Shown here: one piece after another, positions 9,797 through 19,097 of the stretch
Layout of the letters: the number at the start of each line of letters is the position of its first letter
Position numbering within the stretch: position 1 is the stretch's first letter
NCBI GenBank assembly: GCA_963796325.1
Contig: CAWCLF010000003.1
Location: 470,788-534,787 of the forward strand
Source: an uncultured Spirochaetota bacterium
GTDB taxonomy: Bacteria; Spirochaetota; Brevinematia; Brevinematales; JAOACQ01
Direction of reading: 5' to 3'
DNA length: 64,000 bases
Program-made: the position numbers and the translations under genes
The notes under the pieces: generated by a model
Database searches by the model: none
The model's input: only the letters and a program-made list of their open reading frames with translations
What the model was told of the DNA's origin: nothing

Positions 9797-11317
9797 CTAG
9801 TGGGCGAGAAAAGATATTGAAAATGTGCTTCCCTCCCCGAAAACGGATTCCATTTTGACTTCTCCTCCGTAGTATGACAGGGAATTTTTGACCATAAAGA
9901 GCCCAAGCCCCGCGCCGCTTTCATTCCTCTGTAAAGAATCCTCGCTCCGGTAAAACTGCTGGAATATCTTTTCCTTATCCTCGTCGCGGATCCCGTAACC
10001 GGTATCGATGATATCGATGATCAGGAAGTTGTTTATCGTATTGCCCCTGATTGTTATGGAGCCGTTGGGCTTGTTGTACATTATAGCGTTCGACATGAGC
10101 TCGTCCAGTATGACTCTCAAAACAGCCTTATTGACGCTGAAGGACGCAAATTCTTCGGTGAGGTTTATCGTCACCGTAAGATTTTTATTCCTTATTGTCT
10201 TACCGTATTGAGGAAGGATCGTATTTTCAATAAAATCCCCAACGTCGACGGTGTCCTTGAAAAGTTCGTTCACCGACGATTCCAGTTCCCCGATGGAAAT
10301 CACCTTCGATACGATATTGCCGATCCTGTCTATTACTGTTCCGAACTTTCCTGTCTCCCTCATGATTTCAGGATCCCCGTTCTGCAATAAAGATTCCAGT
10401 TTCCGGAGCTTTTCCCTGGCTTCCGTAACCGGCTTGAGCAGATGATCGGAAAACCTGGTTATAAATTCGTTTTTAATATTTACAAGCTTTAAAAGTTCGC
10501 GGTTTTTGCTTTTGATGCTTTCATAGAGGAAGGAATTGTTGATCGATATGGCCGCCTGCCCTGCGAAAATTTCAGCGCTGTAAAGGTCGCTCGATTTAAG
10601 CGAGGAATTTGCCGACACGACGTCTGCATAAATAACGCCAAGGAGGTTATCCTTGTGAACAAGGGGCACGGCAAGCGATGAAATTACCATAGCGCTATTG
10701 TCAATGCCGATCCTGTTATTTACGTTAAGCGAACTTTTCCTTGAATTCGCCGCCTGGATTATAATATTCTGGCAGTAATTGAAATACTCTTTTCCGTGCG
10801 TGCGGCCCTTGTCGTTGATAAAAATCCTCGGCGTGAGCTTCGTTTTCTCCCTTATAAAGAGCATGCCGTTGTCGGCCTTGACCGAATCCATTAGGCTTTT
10901 TACGATATTATTGAGTAGGCTGTCAAGTTCGAGGATCGTACCTATGTCCTTATTGATCGAAAGTATCTTCTGAAGCGTTTCATCCTTTTCGATCAGTTCC
11001 TGCATTGAAAGCTGGTTTACCTTTTCCTTCGCGTCGAGAAGCTGCACCGATTCCTTTTTCTCCAGTATCGTAAGTTCTTCCAGGCATTCATGCGCCTGGA
11101 TCACCCTCTCGGCTTCGATCTTCTCAACCCGCATCATATCCTGGACTATCTCCTGGGCCTGGAGCATGCGGTCTGCTTCCAGGAGCTCCTTGTTATACAT
11201 GTCCGAAAGGTACTTGTAAGCGTTCACGAGTTTTTCAAGACGTCCGATCTCCAGGTCCCTTTCTTTTAAAATCTCGTTCAATTCCTCCCGGTTTTTATCT
11301 TCATAATTTTCAGCCAT
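9797..11317 (-). CDS. Cytoplasmic sensor histidine kinase (coiled-coil, GAF-like, HisKA, HATPase_c)
   Basis: Candidate H-box FSDHLLKPV. HATPase motifs NAIMYN, DTGYGI and GAGLGLFMV. No TM segment. The heptad-like N-terminus suggests a coiled coil. No adjacent response regulator. Confidence 0.8.
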   Translation of the reverse strand: MAENYEDKNREELNEILKERDLEIGRLEKLVNAYKYLSDMYNKELLEADRMLQAQEIVQDMMRVEKIEAERVIQAHECLEELTILEKKESVQLLDAKEKVNQLSMQELIEKDETLQKILSINKDIGTILELDSLLNNIVKSLMDSVKADNGMLFIREKTKLTPRIFINDKGRTHGKEYFNYCQNIIIQAANSRKSSLNVNNRIGIDNSAMVISSLAVPLVHKDNLLGVIYADVVSANSSLKSSDLYSAEIFAGQAAISINNSFLYESIKSKNRELLKLVNIKNEFITRFSDHLLKPVTEAREKLRKLESLLQNGDPEIMRETGKFGTVIDRIGNIVSKVISIGELESSVNELFKDTVDVGDFIENTILPQYGKTIRNKNLTVTINLTEEFASFSVNKAVLRVILDELMSNAIMYNKPNGSITIRGNTINNFLIIDIIDTGYGIRDEDKEKIFQQFYRSEDSLQRNESGAGLGLFMVKNSLSYYGGEVKMESVFGEGSTFSISFLAH

Positions 11318-11449
11318 AAAAAATACCTCTCAAAACCCCTGCACTTATTATAGCACCGTTCTTCCTTATTTCAAGAAAAATCGTTTCTTTAGCGGTCCCC
11401 TTTGTAAAATTTGCATGTTTGGATTATAATTAAAAAGGATGGTTTAATC

Positions 11450-12313
11450 ATGAAAGTTTATCTTCCGAAGTTCACCGGCTTCTGCCCGGGCGTTAAATTC
11501 GCTGAAAAAAGCATTTTCGAATTGAAGGGCAAGACCCCTGCCAAAAGGATATACGTTCTTGGAAAGCTTATACACAACAGGCGCTATATCGATTACCTTG
11601 CCGGGGAAGGGATTGTTACGGCCGGTTCGGCGGCAGACATACCGGCGGACGGTACGGCTGTCATCAGGACTCATGGCATCGACAGAATTGAGGAGGAAAA
11701 GCTGCGTAAACGCCTTGAAGTTGTGGATCTCACATGCGGCAAGGTCAGGGAACTGCAGAAATATATAAAAAGGTATGCGGGAGAGGGTTACTTCACCGTC
11801 ATCACCGGGAAGAAGGACCACCCGGAAGTCCTCTCCCTGGCAAGCTACGCCTCGGGATTTTTCATAATTGAAAAGGTTAAGGATATAGACGAATTCATCG
11901 GGAGCTACAATGACGTTAAACGCAGGATCCTGGTTGTAAGCCAGACGACGGGAAAAAGGAGCCTCTTCCTTAATGCTGCCGGAAGGATCACGGATGCATT
12001 TTCAGCGTCCTGCATAATCAAGGTAAAAGATTCGATCTGTTCAATTAATACATTGAGAGAAGAGGAATCGGCGAAGCTCCAGGAAAAGGCCGACATCACA
12101 TTCGTTATCGGCGACCGGATTTCGGCGAACGCAAACGAGCTCTACCGGAAATTGAAGGATAATAACAGGAATACCTACTTTGTCGAGGATCTCGCCCACC
12201 TGGTTTCACTCGGGCTGCCGCTTAAGAACTGCAATGCGGCGCTTGTCGTTTCTTCGTCCTCAACGCCCCCCTTCATTGAAAAGGAAACCGTCGATTACCT
12301 GCTCGGCATCTAA
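11450..12313 (+). CDS. ispH: 4-hydroxy-3-methylbut-2-enyl diphosphate reductase
   Basis: GFCPGV, IRTHG and the third conserved Cys region (DSICSI). ~287 aa from ATG 11450 (MKVYLPKFTGFCPGV). Confidence 0.9.
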   Translation: MKVYLPKFTGFCPGVKFAEKSIFELKGKTPAKRIYVLGKLIHNRRYIDYLAGEGIVTAGSAADIPADGTAVIRTHGIDRIEEEKLRKRLEVVDLTCGKVRELQKYIKRYAGEGYFTVITGKKDHPEVLSLASYASGFFIIEKVKDIDEFIGSYNDVKRRILVVSQTTGKRSLFLNAAGRITDAFSASCIIKVKDSICSINTLREEESAKLQEKADITFVIGDRISANANELYRKLKDNNRNTYFVEDLAHLVSLGLPLKNCNAALVVSSSSTPPFIEKETVDYLLGI

Positions 12314-13350
12314 TTTTTCCTGGAGACGCTGTATTCAAGAAGCTCATGCATGACTTTTATATAAACGGGGTCTGCCCCCTCGAGCTTTCCCATCAGGTTT
12401 TCGGCGTCATGCCTCTGCTCCGATATTTTACTGCCGGCCGCCCGGGCGGCGCCTGACTTTACAGCGGCCTCCCTGACGAAATCGAGATCTCTATCCGTGA
12501 TGCTCCCCGAGCCGAAAATCCGTGTGAGTTCATCCCCGGTTTGAGGGTCTGCCATCCGGAATAAATAATAGCGGTAAAGGCCCTTCTTGTTCTCCTTTAT
12601 ATCCGAACCGGCGGGTTTCCCGGTTTCCTTTTCGCTTCCGAAAAGTCCGATCTCGTCATCCTTAATCTGGAAGATAAGGCCCAGCGATTCGCCGATGCGG
12701 CCTATAAGCTCGCAGGTCTTTTCATCCATGCAGGCAAGTATCGATCCTGCGACAAGCGGAAGCGAAAATGTATAGCGGCCCGTCTTGTATTTATACAGGT
12801 TCAGGACAGCTTCCTCGCCGGGGCTGTCGGCCAGATAACCGTAATATACATCCTTCATCTGGGCAAGCGCGACGTCTGCGGCCTCCTTCGAGAAGAGCCC
12901 GGCGATCTTGCGGTCCAGACCTGAAATGATTTCGAATGCAAAAAAAAAGGCGGCGTCGCCCTCGCATATGCCAAGGGATTCTCCGAAATGGTAGGAATCG
13001 GAGAAACCGGAAGCGTCGGCGAAGGTTTTGTACCTGTAAAATACGCTTTCATGGCCCCTCCTGCGGGTATCCCTGTCCATGATGTCGTCATGAATGAGAA
13101 ACCCCGACTGTAGGAGTTCCATAGCCCCTGCCGCCTTCAGGGCGTCCCCTTCATTTTTTCCCCTGAAAAGCGAATGGGCCAGCATCACGAGCCCGCCGCG
13201 CAGCATCTTGCCCGAGGAGGCGAACTCGAGAAGCCCACGGGAAACATCGAGAAGGGGCAGCCCCGCATTACGGAAGTCGCCCTCCTTCGAAACAAAGAAG
13301 CCTTTAAGGAAATTTTCTATCAGGGGTTTCACAGTTTTGAAATATTCCAT
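12310..13350 (-). CDS. Polyprenyl diphosphate synthase (trans-IPPS; GGPP/FPP synthase-like)
   Basis: First Asp-rich motif LIHDDIMDRD and second motif FQIKDDEIG. Product chain length is not determinable. Confidence 0.85.
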   Translation of the reverse strand: MEYFKTVKPLIENFLKGFFVSKEGDFRNAGLPLLDVSRGLLEFASSGKMLRGGLVMLAHSLFRGKNEGDALKAAGAMELLQSGFLIHDDIMDRDTRRRGHESVFYRYKTFADASGFSDSYHFGESLGICEGDAAFFFAFEIISGLDRKIAGLFSKEAADVALAQMKDVYYGYLADSPGEEAVLNLYKYKTGRYTFSLPLVAGSILACMDEKTCELIGRIGESLGLIFQIKDDEIGLFGSEKETGKPAGSDIKENKKGLYRYYLFRMADPQTGDELTRIFGSGSITDRDLDFVREAAVKSGAARAAGSKISEQRHDAENLMGKLEGADPVYIKVMHELLEYSVSRKN

Positions 13351-13353
13351 CCG

Positions 13354-15003
13354 TCAATTTCCTGCCGCTTGAGAATAAGTCAGATACCCGCCCGAAAGAT
13401 TGTATACGTCCTTGAATCCGTTCTGCATAAGAATCCGTGTAGCTAAATAGCCTCGGAACCCGACCCGGCAGTACACCGCGATCTTCTTGTCCGGCGGGAC
13501 TTCGCCGAGCCTTTCCCTGAGGCTGTCCACCGGAATGTTTACGGCGCCCGGGATCGAACCCCTGCCGTATTCCTCTTCCGTCCTTACGTCAAGGATGAAG
13601 AAGCTTCCGCCGTCCGGGCCTGCAAGGTCGGTCCAGTAAACCGGTTTTACGAGGGACTCCAGCATATTTTCGGCGGTGAACCCGGCCATGTTGAGCGGGT
13701 CTTTCGCAGAAGAAAACTGAGGCGAATAGGCCTGTTCGAATTCCGAAAGGTCGTAGACCGTGCCGTTTTTAAGCATCAGGGCCGAAATGACATCGATACT
13801 TTTGTCGGCTCCTTCGAAGCCCACGGCCTGCGCCCCGAGTATGAGCCCGTCTTCCGGGCCGAACATTACCTTGATCGAAAGGGTTGACGCGCCCGGGTAG
13901 TACCCGGCATGGGAAAGGGGATGGACGATGGTCGTACGATGAGGAATTCCATCCCTATCCAGCGCCTGTTCGGAAGCCCCCGTGAAAGCGACGGCAAGCC
14001 CGAAAACGCTGACGATCGCCGTTCCGAATGTCCCGCCGTACGTCTTTTTGTTGCCTCTTATTATATTATCGGCGGCTATGCGTCCCTGTTTGTTCGCAGG
14101 GCCTGCCAGCGGATAAAAGGCGTACCTTTTTAAAACGGGATTGTATGTTTCGATGGCGTCTCCGACTGCATAAATATAAGCGTCGGACGTCTGGAGGAAT
14201 TCATTTACCCTTATTCCTCCCGATTTTCCGGTCTCGAGGCCCGCCTCCATGGCAATTTTAGCGTCCGGCTTTACTCCTACGGAAAGGACCGCCATATCGG
14301 CTTGGATGCTTTCCCCGCTTAAAAGATCGATCGTTACGCCCTTAAGAGCCTGCTTCAGGGATACGGCTTCCTCGCCGAGTTTTAAAGCTATATTATTTTT
14401 TTTAAGGTGGTCCTGCACGATAAGCGCCATCTCGCTGTCGATGAGGGGGAGGATATGGCCGGTCTTTTCCAGGATCGTGACGTCTGCCCCGAGCCGTTTG
14501 AGATTTTCAGCCATTTCGAGGCCTATATAACCCCCGCCGATAACTGCGGCGCTGCCGGGCCTCGATTTTCCCGCCGCTTCCATTATCCTGTCCATGTCCG
14601 GAATGTCGCGCAGAGTATAAACCCCCGGGCCGGTTATGCCGGGGATAGGGGGAATTACGGGTCTCGCCCCTGTGGAAATGACGAGCCTGTCGTAAGGGAT
14701 GTCGAACTCCCCGGACGCATCGGCCGCATGTACTGACCTTGCGCCCCGGTTTATGGACAGCGCTTCGCATCCCGTCCTGACATCTATATTGAATCTTTCC
14801 CTCAGGGATTCCGGGGTCCGGATCAGGAGGTCGCCGCGTTCTTTAATGATGCCGCCTATAAAGTAAGGCAGGCCGCAGTTGGCGTAGGAAACATACGCGC
14901 CCTTTTCCAGGACTGTTATTACGGCTTTTTCGTCAAGCCTTCTCAGGCGGGCCGCGGCCGACATGCCTCCGGCGACTCCGCCGATGATTACTATTCTGAG
15001 CAT
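13354..15003 (-). CDS. CoA-disulfide reductase / NADH-dependent persulfide reductase-like flavoprotein with C-terminal rhodanese domain
   Basis: GGVAGG FAD fold, redox Cys motif SYANCGLPY, second dinucleotide fold GGGYIGLE, C-terminal rhodanese active-site loop YCRVGFRG. Confidence 0.85.
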   Translation of the reverse strand: MLRIVIIGGVAGGMSAAARLRRLDEKAVITVLEKGAYVSYANCGLPYFIGGIIKERGDLLIRTPESLRERFNIDVRTGCEALSINRGARSVHAADASGEFDIPYDRLVISTGARPVIPPIPGITGPGVYTLRDIPDMDRIMEAAGKSRPGSAAVIGGGYIGLEMAENLKRLGADVTILEKTGHILPLIDSEMALIVQDHLKKNNIALKLGEEAVSLKQALKGVTIDLLSGESIQADMAVLSVGVKPDAKIAMEAGLETGKSGGIRVNEFLQTSDAYIYAVGDAIETYNPVLKRYAFYPLAGPANKQGRIAADNIIRGNKKTYGGTFGTAIVSVFGLAVAFTGASEQALDRDGIPHRTTIVHPLSHAGYYPGASTLSIKVMFGPEDGLILGAQAVGFEGADKSIDVISALMLKNGTVYDLSEFEQAYSPQFSSAKDPLNMAGFTAENMLESLVKPVYWTDLAGPDGGSFFILDVRTEEEYGRGSIPGAVNIPVDSLRERLGEVPPDKKIAVYCRVGFRGYLATRILMQNGFKDVYNLSGGYLTYSQAAGN

Positions 15004-15134
15004 TTATCGCTCCTTCTTATTTGCCATACATTAATGATAATACAACCGGAGAGTAATATCAAAGGGGCCGGGGGGTTTGACATTGGCTTCCGAACTTCAT
15101 TATATTTTAAAATACGCAATCGGAGGAGTATCGG

Positions 15135-16394
15135 ATGAATAATGCAATAATTGTTATTTTGCTTGTTTTCATAGCGCAGAGGCTCTGGAGTTACATCCTG
15201 GAGATCCTCAATCTCCTTCATATGAAAAGGAACGCCGGGAGGGTGCCGCCTGAAATGGCCGGTTTCATAGATCCTGAAATGCTCGGTAAAAGCGCCGGCT
15301 ATGAATCCGACAACACCCGCTTCGGTATAATCGAAGGTCTGTTTTCCGATGCCGGCACTGCCGTACTGATCTTCGCGGGCCTCCTGGATCTCTATAATTC
15401 CTGGATGTCGGGCTGGGGGCTCCCTTTCATCCCGGCCGGGATCTTTTATTTCCTTTTGCTGTCATGGGCTGCCGGCATTTACGGTATGCCTTTCCGTATT
15501 TACAGGACTTTCAGGATCGAAAAAAAATTCGGCTTCAACGCCATGAAACCCGGGCTCTTTGCAGCCGATTTCATCAAATCAATGCTGATAGAAACGGCTA
15601 TTATAGCAGCGCTCTCTGCGGCAGGCCTGTGGCTCGTGCAGGCCGGTCCCAAATTATGGTGGCTATTCCTCTGGATATTCCTGTTCCTTTTCGGAATCTT
15701 TTTGATGTACGTTTCGCCGTTCATCCTGGACCCTCTTTTCAACAAGTATACGCCTCTTGACGACGAACAGCTCGAGAGTAAAATCAGGGAAGTCCTGGGA
15801 AGAACCGGCATCGGCATCGGCAGGGTGTTCAAGGTCGACGCCTCGAAGCGCAGCAGGCATTCCAATGCCTATTTTACCGGTATCGGGAGGGTCAAAAGGA
15901 TCGTGATATTCGATACGCTCCTTGAAAAACTGAGCGCCGAAGAAATCGCCGCCGTCCTCGCTCATGAAGCGGGGCACTGGAAGAAGAGGCATGTCCTGAA
16001 AACCCTGGCAGTAAACGAAATTACAGTCTTTATCGGCCTTTACCTGGGTTATATCGCCATCAATTCGGACCTGCTGCCTGCCGTTTTCAATATCCATGAG
16101 GGCGGTTTTTTCGTAAAGGCGGTTCTTGCAGGTTTCATAGCAGGACTGGTCATGTTTTTCCTGTCGCCGCTGGCATCCTGGTATTCCAGGAAAAACGAGA
16201 AAGAGGCCGACAGGTTCGCTTTCGACGCCATGGCCGGACATGAGGCCATGTCCGCCGCCCTTAAAAAACTTGCAAGGGACAATCTGTCCAACCTTAACCC
16301 CCATCCCCTGTATGTCAAATTCAACTATTCCCATCCCCCGGTGATCGAAAGGCTGAGATATCTCGAGGGGTTTTCAAATGAGGAGCCCGGTTAA
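15135..16394 (+). CDS. M48 family zinc metalloprotease (Ste24/HtpX-like, membrane)
   Basis: HEAGHWKKRH (HExxH), multiple TM segments, downstream glutamate region EKEAD. Confidence 0.85.
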   Translation: MNNAIIVILLVFIAQRLWSYILEILNLLHMKRNAGRVPPEMAGFIDPEMLGKSAGYESDNTRFGIIEGLFSDAGTAVLIFAGLLDLYNSWMSGWGLPFIPAGIFYFLLLSWAAGIYGMPFRIYRTFRIEKKFGFNAMKPGLFAADFIKSMLIETAIIAALSAAGLWLVQAGPKLWWLFLWIFLFLFGIFLMYVSPFILDPLFNKYTPLDDEQLESKIREVLGRTGIGIGRVFKVDASKRSRHSNAYFTGIGRVKRIVIFDTLLEKLSAEEIAAVLAHEAGHWKKRHVLKTLAVNEITVFIGLYLGYIAINSDLLPAVFNIHEGGFFVKAVLAGFIAGLVMFFLSPLASWYSRKNEKEADRFAFDAMAGHEAMSAALKKLARDNLSNLNPHPLYVKFNYSHPPVIERLRYLEGFSNEEPG

Positions 16395-17410
16395 TTTGTC
16401 GAATATGCAACAATGTTGCTGCCATTTGAAACCGTGACGAACTTGCCGTTGCCGTAGGCGGCGGAATAAAAGCTGCAGGGACCCGGCAGGGGCGTCAATG
16501 CGGCCGACCAGTTTATCCCGTCGAACGAATATGCAGCCTTCGACGAGATGCTTGACGAAATCGCTATAAAAACGCCGTTGCCGTATCCTACGGAGTACCA
16601 GTTATCCAGGATCGGCATTGGAGCGGCAGTCCAGTTTTTTCCGTCGGTCGAATAATCCGCTGTCGAGATGCCCGTAGCGACGGCTACAAAGACTCCGTTG
16701 CCGTAAACGACTGAATGCCAGTAACTTGCCGAAGTCGTAGAAGAATTCCAGCTTATCCCGTCTGTCGAATATGCCGCCGCAGGTCCGGGGTCGGCGACAG
16801 CCGCGAATATGCCGTTGCCGTAAGCGACTGACATCCAGAAATCGCCCGTACCGGGCATTGTCGAAGGTAACCAGTTTATCCCGTCGGCCGAATAAGCTTC
16901 CCCGGTGCCGGTGGCTACTGCTACAAATTTGCCGCTGCCGTAGGTTACAGAGTTCCAGTTCGCAGATGACGGCATAGTTGAGGAAAGCCAGGTTTTCCCG
17001 TCGTACGAATAAGCCGCATACCCCGAATTACCTACCGCTACAAACATGCCGTTGCCGTAAGCGACCGACATCCAGAAATTGCCCGTACCGGGCATTGATG
17101 AAGGTAACCAGTTTATCCCGTCTGCCGAATAAGCCGCGTTCCCGTCGTTGGCAACCGCTACGAATATATTGTTGCTGAAAGCTACACATTCCCAGCTTAA
17201 TGTAGTATTCGGCAGCTGCGCCACGGCGGAAGCCCAGTTCAGCCCTGCGTGAGCCGAAGACGATGAAGAGGCCGTCGACGAAGCCGAAGACTGCGAACCG
17301 GACGGCCTCGCGCCTGTCTGGCTGATAAAATCAGGCGTAAAGAATAACTGGCAGGAAGCTATAAAAACAACCGCCGGTATTATATGAATCAGCTTAAATA
17401 ATTTTTTAAT
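16391..17410 (-). CDS. Predicted lipoprotein with ~7 beta-propeller-like repeats (SxDGxxW ... YGNGxFVAV)
   Basis: The track ORF starts at GTG 17224. The frame stays open upstream to the TAG at 17420-17422 and encodes I-KKLFKLIHIIPAVVFIASC (signal peptide plus IASC lipobox) followed by a Ser-rich linker. The only plausible initiator is ATT 17408-17410, 5 nt after GGAGG. Seven ~40-aa repeats follow. Confidence 0.6.
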   Translation of the reverse strand: MKKLFKLIHIIPAVVFIASCQLFFTPDFISQTGARPSGSQSSASSTASSSSSAHAGLNWASAVAQLPNTTLSWECVAFSNNIFVAVANDGNAAYSADGINWLPSSMPGTGNFWMSVAYGNGMFVAVGNSGYAAYSYDGKTWLSSTMPSSANWNSVTYGSGKFVAVATGTGEAYSADGINWLPSTMPGTGDFWMSVAYGNGIFAAVADPGPAAAYSTDGISWNSSTTSASYWHSVVYGNGVFVAVATGISTADYSTDGKNWTAAPMPILDNWYSVGYGNGVFIAISSSISSKAAYSFDGINWSAALTPLPGPCSFYSAAYGNGKFVTVSNGSNIVAYSTN

Positions 17411-17419
17411 AACCGCCTC

Positions 17420-18769
17420 CTAAAATTTGAAACCGGCGGCAATTGCCGGGAAAAACTGTTTCGCTCCGAAATCATAACTATAGCCCAGCTTCAAATTGAG
17501 CCACATCCATTCCGCATCCGCATAAACCCCGGCCGAATAGTCGTAGGGCCGGGCGAAACCAGAAGCCGGAAGATATGCGTAATAACCGCCCGAAAGGGCG
17601 ATCCCCGCCCGGAAATCCGTCTTCATGTCTCCGAATATGTAAAATCCGGCGTCAAGATAAGGTGAAATCTGGTAAAAGGAATTTTCCCATGAAACCCCGC
17701 TTCCCGCTTCGATCCAGAAATACCTCCAGGGGAAATATTCAAGCCCTATCCCGGCAAAGGCCGAGCTTCCGGTATAAAACCTGACATGCAGGGGTCCGCC
17801 CCATATTTCCTCGGGTGCGGCATTGACAGTCGCCCCGTCGACGATGTTTATAGGCGACTGGTATATAATGTTAGAATCCTGGTCGATTACGCTTATCGAA
17901 TGGTTTGTTACGGCGGACATATTAGTAAAAACCTCGTTCTCGTATGCGGGTCTGCCGTCGACCGAATAGATATATTTTCTGCCCGATATGCCGTAACGTA
18001 CAGGATTTATCACAACCGTGCATGCCGCCGTATAACCGACGGCCAGATCCTGTTTGGCTGCGAGTTTCCCGCTTTCAGTGTAGACGGTGCTGCCGTCCCG
18101 GGTCCTTACAAGATTGATAATATAAAGCTGCTCTCCCAGAACATTCATGCTCTTTTTATAGTCCTGATTGAATGGGGAATCGATCAGCTTGTTGTTGATA
18201 TAAATTTCATAATTTTCGGGGCCCGGCTTGATATCGAAGTCTATCCTGGCAAGCGTAAAATCGATTTTTAAAACATCGTCGACAACGTTTTTAAGGATCA
18301 TGTCGATGCAATCGAAAATTTCGATATCGGTGGGTGTTTCATAGGTTTTTGAGAAAATATTTTTATCGTCTCCCTTCGACCATACTCCTACCCGTAATAC
18401 GGCTTTTTCGGGTTTTTTCTGCTTCAGGTAATAGTCCCCGTAAAGGATATAATCGGCGCCATAAACGGCGTCCGGGACAAGATCGTGATTTGTTGTCTCC
18501 CATTTCGACAGGACCGGCGTGAGGGAGGAAAGGTCTTTCAAAACCCTTTCATCGGGCACATCGAGGGAGGGTATAATCCTCATAAAGTTATATATCGACT
18601 TGAACAATACAAGCTGAAAAGACGTGGATTTCGAACTCTTCACGTCTTTAATGGGAAGGATATAAAATCTGGAAACTTGCTTGACCGGCAGGGACGAAGC
18701 TGCCGCGCCGCCGGTCCATTCTAAAAAAGAAGCTGATATGATAAAAATAGAAAACAGGTATATCTTCAT
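17420..18769 (-). CDS. Predicted outer-membrane protein (signal peptide, C-terminal beta-barrel-like region ending in Phe)
   Basis: N-terminal MKIYLFSIFIISASFLEW... signal. The C-terminal ~130 aa are rich in alternating aromatic/Gly residues and end ...AAGFKF. Immediately upstream of, and probably co-transcribed with, the lipoprotein gene. Confidence 0.55.
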   Translation of the reverse strand: MKIYLFSIFIISASFLEWTGGAAASSLPVKQVSRFYILPIKDVKSSKSTSFQLVLFKSIYNFMRIIPSLDVPDERVLKDLSSLTPVLSKWETTNHDLVPDAVYGADYILYGDYYLKQKKPEKAVLRVGVWSKGDDKNIFSKTYETPTDIEIFDCIDMILKNVVDDVLKIDFTLARIDFDIKPGPENYEIYINNKLIDSPFNQDYKKSMNVLGEQLYIINLVRTRDGSTVYTESGKLAAKQDLAVGYTAACTVVINPVRYGISGRKYIYSVDGRPAYENEVFTNMSAVTNHSISVIDQDSNIIYQSPINIVDGATVNAAPEEIWGGPLHVRFYTGSSAFAGIGLEYFPWRYFWIEAGSGVSWENSFYQISPYLDAGFYIFGDMKTDFRAGIALSGGYYAYLPASGFARPYDYSAGVYADAEWMWLNLKLGYSYDFGAKQFFPAIAAGFKF

Positions 18770-19097
18770 CGGATTTTACGCAAGCCCCCTGACAATAAGT
18801 GAATGTATCCTTATACCCCTTTTTTAAAAAGACGATTATTAATAATACCGGTAATATTTTTGATTTCGGAACAAATTAAAAAAAATTGTTTGCACCGGGT
18901 TCAGGTAAAATCAGCCCTAAAAATTCAAGTCCCCCTGAATGCCGCAGAATTATATTATTATGTAAGTCGAATGTCAATATATTGGAACCTTATCATCCGG
19001 GAAGTCCCGGTTTATATATGTCTTAATATTTATTGAGGTATTTTTACTGCGCCGGTAAAATATCACCCGGTTAAAAATTTTTAGGGGACATTCGGTT

